A DNA stretch of 34,669 bases from an uncultured Deinococcales bacterium (GCA_964247135.1 CAXTTL010000019.1:1-34669); one strand, 5' to 3'; numbered from the stretch's first letter, positions 1 through 9,775 are shown. Notes: generated from the sequence alone by a model not told the origin. Numbers and translations are program-made.

Positions 1-1951
1 CTCGAGTCAGCAGTTCGGTCACGTCGTTGTGCAAGCCAAGGTCGCTGGCGTTTCGAGCCGCCTTGATGAGCCACCGTGCGGTTTGCTGCCGATTGCCTGA
101 AGCCTCCCAGTGCTGGGCGATCAATGCGGGATTGGCGGCACCTTCCTCGAGATACGCGGCGGTCTTGCCGTGCAAAACTTGTTTGATGGCGCTGGGAATG
201 CTTGCCAGCACCGCTTCAAACAACAAATCGTGCGTAAACGCATGACCGCGCAAGACCAGTGCCGTCTCGAGTTCGGCGTGGGCTTCGGCAAGTTCCATCG
301 CGGGGCGCTCGAGGACGCTGGCGGCGAGCTGAAGGTTAAACGAGGTTTTTGCCACCGCCGCCGAACGCGCCAAGCCCAGGGCAGGCGCTGAGAGCCGCTG
401 CAAGCGCCGTCCGATCAATGCCGCCACCGAGCCAGGCGGGGTCAGGCGCGAGGGCAGCCCTTGGGCGAGCGTGCCGCTTTCCATCAGGTGCTTGAGTGTC
501 TCGAGGATGAACATTGGGTTGCCGCCGGTGTAACGCGACAAGCCTTGCACCAGGTCGCTGCTGTCTTCCAAGCCCAAACCATTCAATAGTGTTTCGATGG
601 CGTTCACCTCGAGCGGTTCGACCCTAATTCTGACCGCGATTCCTGCCTCGACCAGTCCGTTCAAAGCGGATTCGGAAATGGCGAGCAGCTCTCCGCGCCT
701 GAACACGCAAATGATGTGCAAGGTCTTGTCGCCAAACCTGGTGGCGAATTTGGACATCAGATAACCCGTGGATTCGTTCGAGGCAATGTCGGAAAATTGC
801 ACGTCATCGGCAACACTGATGATCGCCTCTCGAGCCGTCATCAGCGCAGCGATGGCTTCAAAAAACCGTAGTTTTTCTACCTCAGAACCCAGCGGCGCCA
901 AGCCCTCCTCCTGGCTGAGTTCGGGCAGCAAACGCGACAGTTCACGGTGCGCCCATTTTGGAATACGCTCGAGAATCTGCGGTTCTTGTGCAATCATTTC
1001 CCGTATCGCCCGAGCCTGGGTCGAAAATGGAATTCCCGCATCGCCTGGACGCGCCTGAAAGTGAAAAACCTTACCCTTGCTGTTGGCAAAATCCAGCGCC
1101 AAACGGGTTTTACCAACCCCAGGTTCGCCCTCGAGGTAGATGATCTGCCCGCGTTGCCATGCCTCTTCCATCAGCGCCCATTCGCGTTCACGTCCTGCCA
1201 GCACGGGAGGTCGCAAGATGGCTGTTGGCAGCAGGTTTTCCCTGGGTGGTCGGCTTGCACCCGCCAGCACCGCGCCGCGCTCGACCAAGCCCATCAACTC
1301 GAGGGTTTCTATCAGGGGTTCGATGCCAAGTTCCTCCTGGAGCACAATGCGACAACGCTCCAAGCTGGCGAGCGCCGCGCGGCGATCACCCATCAAATAC
1401 TGCAACCGCGCCACTTGGCGGTACGCCTCCTCGGACAGCAGATCGAGTTTGAGCCTGAAATGCGCGAACTCGAGCGCCTGTTGCAATTGACCCATTTTTT
1501 CGAGCCGATCTGCCTCGGTCTGCGCCGCCCGTGACCGCAGCGATTTGAGTTCTTCACGCACGCCTTGTAACCATTCGTCAAAATCGGGCGCGTCATCGTA
1601 TTCGAGGTCCGCCAGCAGTTCATCGTCTTGGCGCAGCACTTCAAGCGTGGGGTTTTGCAAACTCGAGAGGCGTTGAACGTCCACGTCCACATCGGGGCGC
1701 AACTCGATTCTCTCCTCGCCGAGAATAACTTCACCCACAGCCACCCGAAGGCGGCGCAAGAGTTGGCGCATGTTGTTGCGTGCCGCCGTCTCGCCGGAAT
1801 TCGCCCACAACCAACCCGCCAACTTGTACTTGTGCGTCGCCCCCTCGAGCGCCAAAAATGCCAGCACCGCCGACGTTTTGCGCTCAAGCAGGCTCACACC
1901 GCTTGGCGTGAGCAGTTTGGGATTGCCGAACAGTTGCAACTGGTAAGTCAT
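1..1951 (-). CDS. BTAD/SARP-family transcriptional activator with AAA/STAND ATPase domain (3' end runs off the window)
   Basis: Not in the ORF track because there is no stop inside the window. Manual translation from ATG at 1951: MTYQLQLFGNPKLL...ERKTSAVLAFLALEG...LAGWLW...ARNNMRQLLRRLR (wHTH), DFDEWL...LLSEEAYRQVARLQYLMGDRRAAL...EELGIEP (BTAD), PPVLAGRERE...YLEGEPGVGKTRLA (Walker A). The same frame is still open at the window start. Confidence 0.88.
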   Translation of the reverse strand, partial: MTYQLQLFGNPKLLTPSGVSLLERKTSAVLAFLALEGATHKYKLAGWLWANSGETAARNNMRQLLRRLRVAVGEVILGEERIELRPDVDVDVQRLSSLQNPTLEVLRQDDELLADLEYDDAPDFDEWLQGVREELKSLRSRAAQTEADRLEKMGQLQQALEFAHFRLKLDLLSEEAYRQVARLQYLMGDRRAALASLERCRIVLQEELGIEPLIETLELMGLVERGAVLAGASRPPRENLLPTAILRPPVLAGREREWALMEEAWQRGQIIYLEGEPGVGKTRLALDFANSKGKVFHFQARPGDAGIPFSTQARAIREMIAQEPQILERIPKWAHRELSRLLPELSQEEGLAPLGSEVEKLRFFEAIAALMTAREAIISVADDVQFSDIASNESTGYLMSKFATRFGDKTLHIICVFRRGELLAISESALNGLVEAGIAVRIRVEPLEVNAIETLLNGLGLEDSSDLVQGLSRYTGGNPMFILETLKHLMESGTLAQGLPSRLTPPGSVAALIGRRLQRLSAPALGLARSAAVAKTSFNLQLAASVLERPAMELAEAHAELETALVLRGHAFTHDLLFEAVLASIPSAIKQVLHGKTAAYLEEGAANPALIAQHWEASGNRQQTARWLIKAARNASDLGLHNDVTELLTR

Positions 1952-2015
1952 ACAAGCCTCGTCGAAACAATTTTAAGCCCAAAACACCCTTTCAAACACG
2001 AGGCTCGAGCCAGCA

Positions 2016-2048
2016 GTCACAGCCCTGTCACACCTGTCGCGGCAACAT
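2016..2048 (+). promoter_or_regulatory. Putative SARP/BTAD-activated promoter: GTCACA direct repeats 11 bp apart plus -10-like CAACAT
   Basis: GTCACA at 2016 and 2027; CAACAT at 2043-2048; followed by SD AGGAGG at 2056-2061. Lies upstream of the divergent BTAD gene. Confidence 0.5.
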
Positions 2049-2202
2049 GCTCAGCAGGAGGAAGCCATGAACCCACAAACCAAAACACCCCGATGGCTCG
2101 AGATGGTTTCTTGATAAGCGCGACCCAACACACCATCAACCGTTCGCTCGAGATACCCGCAGCACATGGCAGGCTCGGGCTGGTTTGCGCGAGGAAAGCA
2201 TC

Positions 2203-3207
2203 ATGAAAACACAAACCAAAGAAAAACAATTTGGCTGGAAAGGGCTACTTCTAAGTTTGATTCTGAGCCTGAGCTGCACAACCGTGTATCAAACCATCGC
2301 CAGCTCGAGCGACTTGAAAACCTACCCACTGCCAGGCTTACTGGTGAATGTCGGCGGTCACCGACTGCACATCCATTGCACTGGGCAAGGCAGCCCGACG
2401 GTGGTCATGGAATCTGGCATGAGCGGCTGGTCAACGGACTGGATTTTGGTTCAACCCCAAATTGCCCAAACCACTCGAGTTTGCAGTTATGACCGCGCCG
2501 GATACGGTTGGAGTGAATCTGGACCTCAACCTCGAGACAGCCAGCAAATCAGCAGGGAATTGCGGACTTTGCTGCTTCGCGCCGGAATCCAGGGAAAATA
2601 CATTCTGGTGGGTCACTCGCTTGGTGGGTTGTTCGTTCAACTTTATGCCAAGCTTCATCCAGATCAGGTCGCCGGATTGGTGTTGATCGATTCGGTACAT
2701 CCAGCCCAATCTTTGAGGATGAACGAGGCGGTACGCCAAAAGTACGAAGGAAACCTAACGACCCTGACCAGATTCTCGAGCTTCGCCGCGCCTTCTGGAT
2801 TGCTGCGAATGTTCAACCAACCAGAAACGATCATTGCCAACAAATTGCCAGTCGAAGATCAGAACATGACTCGAGCACTTGCGTTTCAGACCAAAGCCTA
2901 CCGCGCCTTGGCGGATGAAATGGCGGTTTTTGAAGCCAGTCAACTCGAGGTGCGACAGGCGGGTGCGCTGCCAAGAATTTCGATCACCGTGCTCAGCTCG
3001 AGTTTGGTACAAGATTTTCCGCCAGGTTTTGAAGGTGACCAAATCAAAACTCTTTGGGACGAACTGCAACATGACTTCACCCGCCAAGCACCGAATGTTC
3101 TTCACCTGCAAGCCAAAAACAGCGGTCATTACATTCACCTCGACCAACCGAAATTGGTCGTTGAGGCGGTGGTGAACATGGTCAAGAAAATACGCAATTC
3201 AAACTAA
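2203..3207 (+). CDS. Alpha/beta-fold hydrolase (esterase/peptidase-like) with N-terminal membrane anchor or signal peptide
   Basis: VNVGGHRLHIHCTGQGSPTVVMESG, RVCSYDRAGYGWS, nucleophile elbow GHSLGG, C-terminal SGHYIH. SD GAGGA precedes ATG 2203 (ORF track start 2185). Confidence 0.9.
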   Translation: MKTQTKEKQFGWKGLLLSLILSLSCTTVYQTIASSSDLKTYPLPGLLVNVGGHRLHIHCTGQGSPTVVMESGMSGWSTDWILVQPQIAQTTRVCSYDRAGYGWSESGPQPRDSQQISRELRTLLLRAGIQGKYILVGHSLGGLFVQLYAKLHPDQVAGLVLIDSVHPAQSLRMNEAVRQKYEGNLTTLTRFSSFAAPSGLLRMFNQPETIIANKLPVEDQNMTRALAFQTKAYRALADEMAVFEASQLEVRQAGALPRISITVLSSSLVQDFPPGFEGDQIKTLWDELQHDFTRQAPNVLHLQAKNSGHYIHLDQPKLVVEAVVNMVKKIRNSN

Positions 3208-3252
3208 AACCATGAACCCCAGTCGCCGCCTCGAGTGTTAGACGTTTTGCCT

Positions 3253-5274
3253 TTAACGACGCCCTCGAGAACGCCCTTTCCCTTTCGCCCCAGGGATGCT
3301 CGAGGTTTTGACTTCTTTGCCCGCCAATTTCGCCTCGAGCTTCCTGATCTCGTCACGCATGGTCGCGGCTTTCTCGAAATCCATGTCCTCAGACGCCTGC
3401 CACATGTCCAACTCGAGGTCGGTGATTCGCGCCAGAATCTCGTCACGGCTGGCAAATTCGCTGGTTGGCTCAAGTTCGGGTGCTTCCTCTTCGCCACGAA
3501 TGACCTTGCGGATGCTTTTGCTGATGGTGGCTGGCGTGATGCCGTTGGCTTCGTTGTAGGCGGTTTGCAGTTCGCGCCGCCTGTTGGTTTCCGAGATCGC
3601 GTACTGCATGGCTGGCGTGATCGAATCGCCGTACAAAATCACCGTGCCATTGAGGTTTCGGGCGGCACGTCCGATGGTTTGAATCAAACTGCGCTCGGAG
3701 CGCAAAAAGCCTGGTTTGTCGGCGTCCAGAATCGTGACCAAACTGACCTCGGGCAAGTCCAGACCCTCGCGCAGCAGGTTGATGCCGACCAGCGCGTCAA
3801 AATGCCCGAGCCGCAAATCCCGAATGATTTCCTGGCGTTCAACCGTGTCAATTTCTGAGTGCAAGTACCGCGCCTTGATGCCGTGACCCACCAAATACTC
3901 GGTCAAATCTTCGCTCATGCGCTTGGTCAGGGTGGTAATCAAAACCCGTTCGTCCACCTCCGCCCTGGCGCGAATCAAGCCCAGCAAATCCTCGACCTGT
4001 CCCTTGGTGGGGCGCACCTCCACTTTGGGGTCGATCAAGCCGGTGGGTCGAATCACCTGATCGACAATTTGGCTCGAGATGCTGCGCTCGTGTTCGCCTG
4101 GGGTTGCGGACACGTAAATGACTTGCCCAACCAGATCGTAAAATTCTGGGTGCTGCAACGGGCGGTTGTCCATACAACTCGGCAGCCTGAAGCCGTAATC
4201 GGCAAGGGTTTTCTTGCGGTTGTAATCGCCCTTGTACATGCCGCCAATCTGGCTGTGCGAAATGTGGCTTTCGTCCAGAAAGGTGATGAAATTGTCGGGG
4301 AAGTAATCAAGAAGCGTGTACGGTCTGGACCCTGGCGGACGCCCGTCGATGTGCCTCGAATAATTTTCGATGCCCGAACAATAACCCAGGACTTTGAGCA
4401 TCTCGAGGTCGTAGAGCGTGCGTTCCTTGATGCGTTGCGCCTCGAGCAGCTTGCCCGTGTCGTTGAAATACTCGAGCCTTTCTTTGAGTTCCGCCTCGAT
4501 CCCCTCAATCGCGGGCTGCAAGCTGCCCGCCTCCATCACGTAATGCTTGGCGGGATAAATGATGGTGCTTTTCAGTTCCTCGAGCACCTCGCCCGTCAAA
4601 AAGTCAAAGGTCGTGATGCGTTCCAGATCGTTGCCCCACAACTCCAGGCGCATCGGTTTTTCGTCATACGATGGCCAAATCTCGAGCACGTCGCCCTTTG
4701 CCCTGAAACGCCCAGGGAAAAGCTCGATGTCGTTGCGTTCGTACTGAATCGTGACCAATCGCTCGAGGATTTCGTCGCGCCCGATGGGTTTGCCCGTCTC
4801 GAGGAAGAGATTCAGTTTGCGGTACTCTTCGGGGTTGCCCAGACCGTAAATGCAGCTTACACTGGCGACCACAATCACATCGTTGCGGGTCAGTAAACTG
4901 CGGGTGGTCGAGTGGCGCAAACGCTCGATTTCTTGGTTGATGGCGGCGTCTTTTTCGATGAACAAATCCTTGCCAGGGACGTAAGCTTCGGGTTGGTAGT
5001 AATCGTAATAACTGACGAAAAACTCGACGGCGGCACTTGGGAAAAAATCGCGGAACTCGCCCGCCAATTGCGCGGTTAAAATTTTATTCGGCGCGATGAT
5101 GAGGGCTGGGCGCTGGGTTTGTTCAATGATTTGGGCAACGCTATAGGTTTTGCCTGTGCCAGTCGCTCCGAGCAACGTCTGAAACCTGTAACCATCCTCG
5201 AGTCCTTCAACGAGCTGTTTGATCGCGGTGGGTTGATCGCCTTTGGGTGTGAATTCCGATTCGATTTTCAACAC
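3253..5274 (-). CDS. uvrB: Excinuclease ABC subunit B
   Basis: [62 protein letters not shown]-terminal UVR domain ([12 protein letters not shown]). Probable GTG start at 5274 (ORF track start 5319). Confidence 0.98.
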   Translation of the reverse strand: MLKIESEFTPKGDQPTAIKQLVEGLEDGYRFQTLLGATGTGKTYSVAQIIEQTQRPALIIAPNKILTAQLAGEFRDFFPSAAVEFFVSYYDYYQPEAYVPGKDLFIEKDAAINQEIERLRHSTTRSLLTRNDVIVVASVSCIYGLGNPEEYRKLNLFLETGKPIGRDEILERLVTIQYERNDIELFPGRFRAKGDVLEIWPSYDEKPMRLELWGNDLERITTFDFLTGEVLEELKSTIIYPAKHYVMEAGSLQPAIEGIEAELKERLEYFNDTGKLLEAQRIKERTLYDLEMLKVLGYCSGIENYSRHIDGRPPGSRPYTLLDYFPDNFITFLDESHISHSQIGGMYKGDYNRKKTLADYGFRLPSCMDNRPLQHPEFYDLVGQVIYVSATPGEHERSISSQIVDQVIRPTGLIDPKVEVRPTKGQVEDLLGLIRARAEVDERVLITTLTKRMSEDLTEYLVGHGIKARYLHSEIDTVERQEIIRDLRLGHFDALVGINLLREGLDLPEVSLVTILDADKPGFLRSERSLIQTIGRAARNLNGTVILYGDSITPAMQYAISETNRRRELQTAYNEANGITPATISKSIRKVIRGEEEAPELEPTSEFASRDEILARITDLELDMWQASEDMDFEKAATMRDEIRKLEAKLAGKEVKTSSIPGAKGKGRSRGRR

Positions 5275-5377
5275 AATAACCTCAAATCTTTGCAACTCGA
5301 GCGGCGTATGTGGGTTCAAGCTCGAGTCTTTCGCAAGACCCGAGGTTTAGCATTTTAGTTTACTTCGTCCGAGTGCT

Positions 5378-5394
5378 TTCTGTAAATAGCAGAA
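5378..5394. promoter_or_regulatory. RDRM (radiation-desiccation response motif, DdrO operator)-like palindrome in the uvrB promoter
   Basis: TTCTGTAAATAGCAGAA, 17 bp with TTCTG/CAGAA arms, fits the Deinococcus RDRM consensus as I recall it. Overlaps a -35-like TTTACA (minus strand, 5381-5386) upstream of -10-like TAAACT/TAAAAT (5352-5362). Confidence 0.7.
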
Positions 5395-5461
5395 TTGTGT
5401 TTTGCTTCACCCTCACCTTTCTCAAGCAATGTTCTGCCTAGGATTTGCTACACTTTGCACC

Positions 5462-5791
5462 ATGAAACTTATGGTTGTGATCGTTCAAGATGCAGACGCG
5501 GCGGCACTCGTCAAAGAGTTCACCCAAAAACGTTTAACCGTCACCAAACTCGCCAGCACTGGCGGATTTTTACGTGAAGGCAACACCACCCTGCTCTTGG
5601 GCGTCAGTGAAACCGACCTCGAGACGGCAAAGCAAATCGTGCAAGACAAATGCCGCTCGAGAACCCGTTTTATTACCCCAGGTGTGCCCGTTGCCGAGCA
5701 ACCCGAACCGTTTTTGGCGCAACCTGTCGAAGTGCCTGTGGGTGGGGCGGTGGCTTTTATTTTGAATGTCGAAGAATTCTTTAAGGTTTAA
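5462..5791 (+). CDS. darA: PII-like cyclic-di-AMP receptor (DarA/PstA/YaaQ family)
   Basis: MKLMVVIVQDAD...TKLASTGGFLREGNTTLLLGV...VEVPVGGAVAFILNVEEF; the STGGFLxxGNTT signature and 109-aa length fit the family. ATG at 5462. Confidence 0.92.
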   Translation: MKLMVVIVQDADAAALVKEFTQKRLTVTKLASTGGFLREGNTTLLLGVSETDLETAKQIVQDKCRSRTRFITPGVPVAEQPEPFLAQPVEVPVGGAVAFILNVEEFFKV

Positions 5792-5849
5792 GTTGAATGC
5801 ACCAACCCGAATAGAGGCTCGAATCGAATCGGGACACTTCAAGTTTGGT

Positions 5850-6467
5850 TTATTGTGACTTCACAAGATTGTCTGCCTTCTCGAGTGACCCAATCATGAT
5901 GTGTGACAGGGCTTTGATTGCTTCGCTGCGTGATATTCGCTTGGCGCTGGCAGATTCGGCGAGGATTTCGGCAGCGCCAACAATGCCGAGCAAAGTGGTT
6001 TTCAATTTTTTGTTGGGGATTTTGACAAATGCTGCCAAGGCGTTATGAAATTCATCAACCAAGAACCCGCGCCACGTTTGTTTAAACTCCGCTGTTTCTT
6101 GACTGGCAGAGAGTGAATTGTAAACGGCGCTGATTTCTGGTCCCATCGAAAGGCAGCCATCAATGTAGGTTGTGCTCAAGATTGACCCGACAGCCTCGAG
6201 TGATTTGCCGCCAGCGCTGAGCGCATCGTTCACGTTTTGGGTGATTTGATCGTCAAAGTCGCGGAACATCGCAATCAGCAGCCCCGCTCGGGTGCCAAAG
6301 TGTTCATAAGTGATTGGTTTGGTCACGCCTGCGCGTTCGGCTACGCTTGCCAGCGTCAGGGCTTCGATGCCTTGGTCTCGAACGAGTGTTAATGCCGTTT
6401 CTAGAAGTTGTTTGCGGCGCTGCTCTTTTGACATCCGTTTTAGGGTGCTCAAGGTGGTTTCCTCCAT
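5850..6467 (-). CDS. TetR/AcrR-family transcriptional regulator
   Basis: RRKQLLETALTLVRDQGIEALTLASVAERAGVTKPITYEHFGTRAGLL is a TetR HTH; 205 aa. Confidence 0.93.
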   Translation of the reverse strand: MEETTLSTLKRMSKEQRRKQLLETALTLVRDQGIEALTLASVAERAGVTKPITYEHFGTRAGLLIAMFRDFDDQITQNVNDALSAGGKSLEAVGSILSTTYIDGCLSMGPEISAVYNSLSASQETAEFKQTWRGFLVDEFHNALAAFVKIPNKKLKTTLLGIVGAAEILAESASAKRISRSEAIKALSHIMIGSLEKADNLVKSQ

Positions 6468-6495
6468 TCGTGGTTTTTGCTCGAGCGTGCCCCAC

Positions 6496-6564
6496 TTGAC
6501 AAGTGTGATTTCTTTGGCTATGTTACTGATCGTAACTTACTAACCGTAGCTTACTGAAAGTAAC
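6496..6564 (+). promoter_or_regulatory. Sigma70 promoter of the DUF1772 gene with three tandem TetR-type operators
   Basis: TTGACA (6496-6501), 17-bp spacer, TATGTT (6519-6524). Three 14-bp imperfect palindromes TTACTGATCGTAAC, TTACTAACCGTAGC, TTACTGAAAGTAAC at 6523, 6537 and 6551. Confidence 0.7.
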
Positions 6565-6585
6565 AATAACACAAAGGAGTTCAAG

Positions 6586-7068
6586 ATGAGCGATTCGTTG
6601 TTCTTTGGTCTTCGGCTTGTCGCCGTGCTCGGTTGCGCCCTGATGGCTGGGCTGTATTTTGCTTTTTCCAACACCATCATGCCCGCACTTTCAAAACTCG
6701 AGCCTTCACAGGGCATTCTTGCCATGCAAACCATCAACCGCACGATTCTCAATCCATTGTTCTTGCTGCTTTTTGTTGGCTCAGCCGCCGTTTGTGCCGT
6801 TTTGGTGATTTTTTCGCTTGGAAAATTGCCTACGTTCAATGCCATGTTGTCGATCTTTGGGTCAGTCATTTACATTCTTGGATCGCCAATCGTGACCGCC
6901 GTGTCCAATGTTCCGCTCAACGATACGTTGGTGGCACTCGCCCCAAATGCGACTGGCAGCGCCGATGGGTGGGCAACCTATCTTCAAAATTGGACGATTT
7001 GGAATCATGTCCGAACTGTGACCTCCGTTGTGGCAGCAGTGCTCCTTCTGATCGCAGATTTTAAGTGA
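6586..7068 (+). CDS. DUF1772 / anthrone-oxygenase-like membrane protein
   Basis: ALMAGLYFAFSNTIMPAL...AMQTIN...NVPLNDTL...WTIWNHVRT, four hydrophobic segments; SD AAGGAG. Confidence 0.85.
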   Translation: MSDSLFFGLRLVAVLGCALMAGLYFAFSNTIMPALSKLEPSQGILAMQTINRTILNPLFLLLFVGSAAVCAVLVIFSLGKLPTFNAMLSIFGSVIYILGSPIVTAVSNVPLNDTLVALAPNATGSADGWATYLQNWTIWNHVRTVTSVVAAVLLLIADFK

Positions 7069-9775
7069 GCGCGGCTTGCCACTCGAGTTTGGCTTCAAAA
7101 CCCATTTCGCGTTTGTAACGTGCCAAAAAGGCTTTCAGGCGCTTTGCCGCGTTTGGTTTGCGCCCAAGTTTCACCAAATTCTCGAGCAGCAAATTCATGG
7201 CACTTTCCATCAGTGGCTCGAGTTCCAAAATTCGCTCCAAGTAGATCACGGCTCGTTCGGGCGCGGCGTTTTCGGCGGCGCGTTCCAGGCTGGCGATCAC
7301 GGTTTCGTGCAGATGCTCTCGAGCCTCCGCAATCGCGGGAATGTCCACGTTCGGCGCGAGTTTTCCCGTGTACAACAGATGAATACCTTGGGCGTTTTGG
7401 GTTTTGATGGCGGCTTGAAGCTTTGCCCAGTCTGATTCGGTGCGGGTCAAATGGTGTTCGCCAATGTAGGTGCTCACCCCCCAAGGCTCGAGGCTTTTGC
7501 GCAGGGCGTTCAGGTTGACGTTAAAGTTGTTGCGCACACTTTCCAGCGGCGCATGTTCCCAAAGCATATCCGCGATGGCTTCACGGGGCGTCTCGAGCAG
7601 CAAGAGCAGCAAGATTTCTCGGGGGCGCTGCGAGAGTGTAACCTCTTCGCCTAGAACTTTAACGCGCATCTCACCGAGCACGGAAAGCTCGAGCGGCGGG
7701 ATTTCAGGCTGTCTGGCTTGAATCGCCTCGCGCCAGCCCGATTGCAACACCTCGCGCAAGTTGTACGGCAGGCTCAGTTCGGGGCGCTGGCGTGGCAGTT
7801 TCTCGAGCGGCATCAACAGCGGCAAAACCCGTTCTCGCTCGAGGGTCAAATGAAGCAGTTGCTCGAGGTCACGCGCCTCTGGTTTGATCTGGTAACGCGC
7901 CGCCACCCTGTAGATTTGATCAAAGCGTTTGAGTCCACCGTCCGGTTCGCTGGGAATGCACTCCAAGGCTTTTTTGGTTTTGCCCAAAGCGGCGAACACC
8001 AGTGCGCGTTCGCAATCGATGACGGGACTGTGTTTGTGCTCGAGAATTTTGAAAGCCGCGCTCGGGTTGCCGTTTTCGCGCAGGGTGCGTGACCAGAGCA
8101 CCAAGGTCCACTCGCCGTTCCAATTGGTCGTGTCCGAGAGCACACTGGTGATGTGGGCAAAAGGTTGCGGGTCGCGTTCCAAGTACGCCCGTTCGGCTCG
8201 AGCCTCAAGTGCCAGTTCTGGACGGTTGGCATTATAATTTTCGGTCTTCAGGCAATGCTCGAGTGCCGCCTCAAAATTGCCCGTCATCATCATCCAGAAT
8301 GCCAGGGCGTTGTGATTGTACGCGACTCGAGAGGCGGCTAGATTGGGCGTGAGCAAGTTTTGTTGGTGGTTTTGAATCGAAGTTTGCACGTCGCCGTGGC
8401 GTTCCCAGGCGATGGTCGCACGGTGTCCTCGAACCATGCGTTCGGTAAAATCGCGCCGTTCGTGCTCGAGCGGCATCAATGCCAGGGCTTGTCGCAAATA
8501 ATCTTCGGCAGGGTCCCACGCCAGGGCGTTGACAAAATAATTGGTGGCGTTCAGGTAATAATTCGAGACTTGAAGCGGGTCAGCCAGCGGAATCATTTTT
8601 TGTGCCACGGCGAGCAGCGCCTCACCTCGGACTTGGGTTTCTAAATTCCCGATCAGCATTAAAGCGAAAGCACAGGCGGCAAGGCGCTGGTTTGGGGAAG
8701 CATCGGGATGGCTAATCGCGGCGTCGTAGGCGGCGTAAGTGCGCCCATAATCGGCTTGATCCTTAAAACTGTGCGCCAAATTGATCCAGCGCCCAGGGCT
8801 GCGCTGACTGGGCAACAGCGCATCGAGCCGTTGAAAGCGCAGCGGCTCGAGCATCAGGTCTTTGTCCTCGAGCAGTGCCTCGAGTTCGCTCAGTTGTTTG
8901 GTCGTGCCGAACGCCTCCGCCAGCAATTCTTTGCAGAGGCGTTCTCGGGCATTCAGAACGCTTTGGCGCACGGTTTGCAAATGATACTCGAGCACACTTT
9001 CGGCGGCGAGCGGGTGGAGTTTAAAGCCTGGCTCGAGGATTTGCACAAAACCCAGACGCGCCAATTCAAGGGTTTGGCTGTTGGCAAATGCTTTGGGCAG
9101 GTACGGCAGCGCTGCCAGCAGCGCCAATTCCTGCCACTGCTCCAGATTGAGGCTTTCGCGCAAGCCTTCAATCAAACTTTCGCGTTCTGGCAGTTCACCG
9201 CTCAAACTCGAGCCGGTCAGCGCCATCAAATGCAGTGGCAGCGACCAGCCTCGAGATTGCTCCCAGGCGCTCTGGGCGCGGCTGTCGTTGTCAAAAAGCT
9301 GTTTGGATTCGTGAAGCGTGAACGCCAAATCTGGGGCGAACAGATGAATCAACTGTCCTGCGGTCATCAAACGCGGCAATTCGGGTTGCGAGAGCTTGCC
9401 GCGCGACGCCAGCAAGATCAAACCTGGCGGGTTTCTCAAGAGCGGTGAAATGTTCTCGCTGCCCTCCAAATCCTCGAGAATCAGCAGCGTCGGCACAGAC
9501 CACAGCACCTCGAGCACGCCGCTCCAAAGGCTCTGTTCTGGCAGTCCGAGCGCCCTGGCGGTCAACGTGCGCGGGTCTTCGCCCTGCACCGACAACCAGA
9601 CCACGCGCCAACCTTCCGCCTCGAGTTGAGCCGCCCACTGGCTGGTCAGCACGCTCTTGCCGTAACCATACGGCGCTTGCAGCCAGACCACGTACCCGCC
9701 AGCGTCGGGCAGTTGCTCGAGCAAACGACTGCGCTCGAGGTAAAGGGCATTGGCTTTGGGACGCAAACCGATCAT
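7061..9775 (-). CDS. MalT-like STAND ATPase / TPR-like / BTAD transcriptional regulator (paralog A)
   Basis: N-terminal LERSRLL...APYGYGKS (MalT-type P-loop), LLILEDL (Walker B-like), LAFTLHE, RGWSLPLHL; helical middle; C-terminal LSVLGEMRV...LWEH...RNNFNVNLNALRKSL...LELEPLMESA (wHTH-BTAD). Confidence 0.82.
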   Translation of the reverse strand: MIGLRPKANALYLERSRLLEQLPDAGGYVVWLQAPYGYGKSVLTSQWAAQLEAEGWRVVWLSVQGEDPRTLTARALGLPEQSLWSGVLEVLWSVPTLLILEDLEGSENISPLLRNPPGLILLASRGKLSQPELPRLMTAGQLIHLFAPDLAFTLHESKQLFDNDSRAQSAWEQSRGWSLPLHLMALTGSSLSGELPERESLIEGLRESLNLEQWQELALLAALPYLPKAFANSQTLELARLGFVQILEPGFKLHPLAAESVLEYHLQTVRQSVLNARERLCKELLAEAFGTTKQLSELEALLEDKDLMLEPLRFQRLDALLPSQRSPGRWINLAHSFKDQADYGRTYAAYDAAISHPDASPNQRLAACAFALMLIGNLETQVRGEALLAVAQKMIPLADPLQVSNYYLNATNYFVNALAWDPAEDYLRQALALMPLEHERRDFTERMVRGHRATIAWERHGDVQTSIQNHQQNLLTPNLAASRVAYNHNALAFWMMMTGNFEAALEHCLKTENYNANRPELALEARAERAYLERDPQPFAHITSVLSDTTNWNGEWTLVLWSRTLRENGNPSAAFKILEHKHSPVIDCERALVFAALGKTKKALECIPSEPDGGLKRFDQIYRVAARYQIKPEARDLEQLLHLTLERERVLPLLMPLEKLPRQRPELSLPYNLREVLQSGWREAIQARQPEIPPLELSVLGEMRVKVLGEEVTLSQRPREILLLLLLETPREAIADMLWEHAPLESVRNNFNVNLNALRKSLEPWGVSTYIGEHHLTRTESDWAKLQAAIKTQNAQGIHLLYTGKLAPNVDIPAIAEAREHLHETVIASLERAAENAAPERAVIYLERILELEPLMESAMNLLLENLVKLGRKPNAAKRLKAFLARYKREMGFEAKLEWQAALT

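Noticed and set aside
947-2206. Plus-strand ORFs of 195 and 192 aa and the minus-strand 164-aa ORF
   Set aside because: Shadows or off-frame readings of the BTAD-AAA gene found manually at <1..1951.
3235-4896. 207-aa and 345-aa plus-strand ORFs
   Set aside because: Antisense to uvrB; no motifs or translation signals.
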